In this document: positions 63,766-64,000 of the stretch, one piece after another | Layout: each line of letters starts with the position of its first letter | Position numbering within the stretch: position 1 is the stretch's first letter | NCBI GenBank assembly: GCA_046538485.1 | Contig: JBKHIT010000002.1 | Location: 64,001-128,000 of the forward strand | Origin: Candidatus Brocadiia bacterium | Lineage (GTDB): Bacteria > Planctomycetota > Brocadiia > SM23-32 | Length of the DNA stretch: 64,000 bases | Reading direction: 5' to 3' | Translations under genes and position numbers: made by a program | Notes under the pieces: generated by a model | Database searches by the model: none | Told to the model about the DNA's origin: nothing | Seen by the model: the letters and a program-made list of their open reading frames with translations, nothing else

Positions 63766-63804
63766 AAAAAGAAAAAAGCAGGGGCGATCAGACACCCCTG
63801 CTTT
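63766..63804 (-). terminator. Rho-independent terminator after the ferredoxin
   Basis: Stem AAAGCAGGGG / CCCCTGCTTT followed on the minus strand by a T-run. A second hairpin TTGAGTTCC / GGAACTCAA lies at 63803-63830. Confidence 0.75.
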
Positions 63805-63830
63805 GAGTTCCAAAACTGACGGGAACTCAA

Positions 63831-64000
63831 TTATTCTTCGCTAATTGCTTCGACCGGGCATTCTTCCATGCAGGTGCCGCATTCCACACATTCTTCTTGA
63901 TCAATTACCGCAATACCATCTTCGAGTGAAATGGCTTCGGTGGGGCAAACATCAACACAGGTTTCGCACCCGGTGCATTCTTCTTCGTCAACTACGAACA
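63831..64000 (-). CDS. 2[4Fe-4S] ferredoxin (about 56 aa; probable start codon cut by the window end; not in the ORF track)
   Basis: Manual translation: (M)[55 protein letters not shown], with two CxxCxxCxxxCP motifs. Confidence 0.93.
   Translation of the reverse strand, partial: FVVDEEECTGCETCVDVCPTEAISLEDGIAVIDQEECVECGTCMEECPVEAISEE

Noticed and set aside
1..64000. Stop-codon readthrough (Sec/Pyl), programmed frameshifts, prophage, transposases, tRNA/rRNA
   Set aside because: Recognised genes end at family-typical C-termini, and no such signatures were seen by eye.

Overview
About 64 kb of a bacterial chromosome, inferred to be from the PVC superphylum and probably Planctomycetota (DUF1559-type prepilin, fused PilM-PilN, MoxR/VWA/DUF4159 operon). 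The region is dominated by glycan-related genes. Its core is a roughly 22.5 kb, partly translationally coupled operon (14394-36884): MoxR AAA+ ATPase, DUF58, BatA-VWA, VWA-GATase-like, DUF4175-like and DUF4159, followed by two giant secreted multidomain proteins (2675 and 1628 aa). A periplasmic thioredoxin-TPR protein and a third secreted GH42-like giant (about 1167 aa) lie next to it. By eye, all three giants carry clan GH-A-like TIM barrels with substituted catalytic positions, and two share an extra alpha/beta domain. The glycan enzymes with canonical motifs (GH42, GH10, sulfatase) and a heparinase II/III-like protein lack signal peptides. This suggests, as an inference, a MoxR/VWA-assembled extracytoplasmic glycan-binding pseudo-enzyme complex. 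Also present are a membrane-anchored Pcm with a spermidine-synthase-like membrane protein, a REP-like repeat-rich intergenic region, a beta-mannosidase remnant, tsaD-larB-nnrD, a pilMN-pilO-like operon, fba and a 2[4Fe-4S] ferredoxin cut by the window end. No rRNA, tRNA, CRISPR array or transposase was recognised. All family calls come from motif recognition without database searches.
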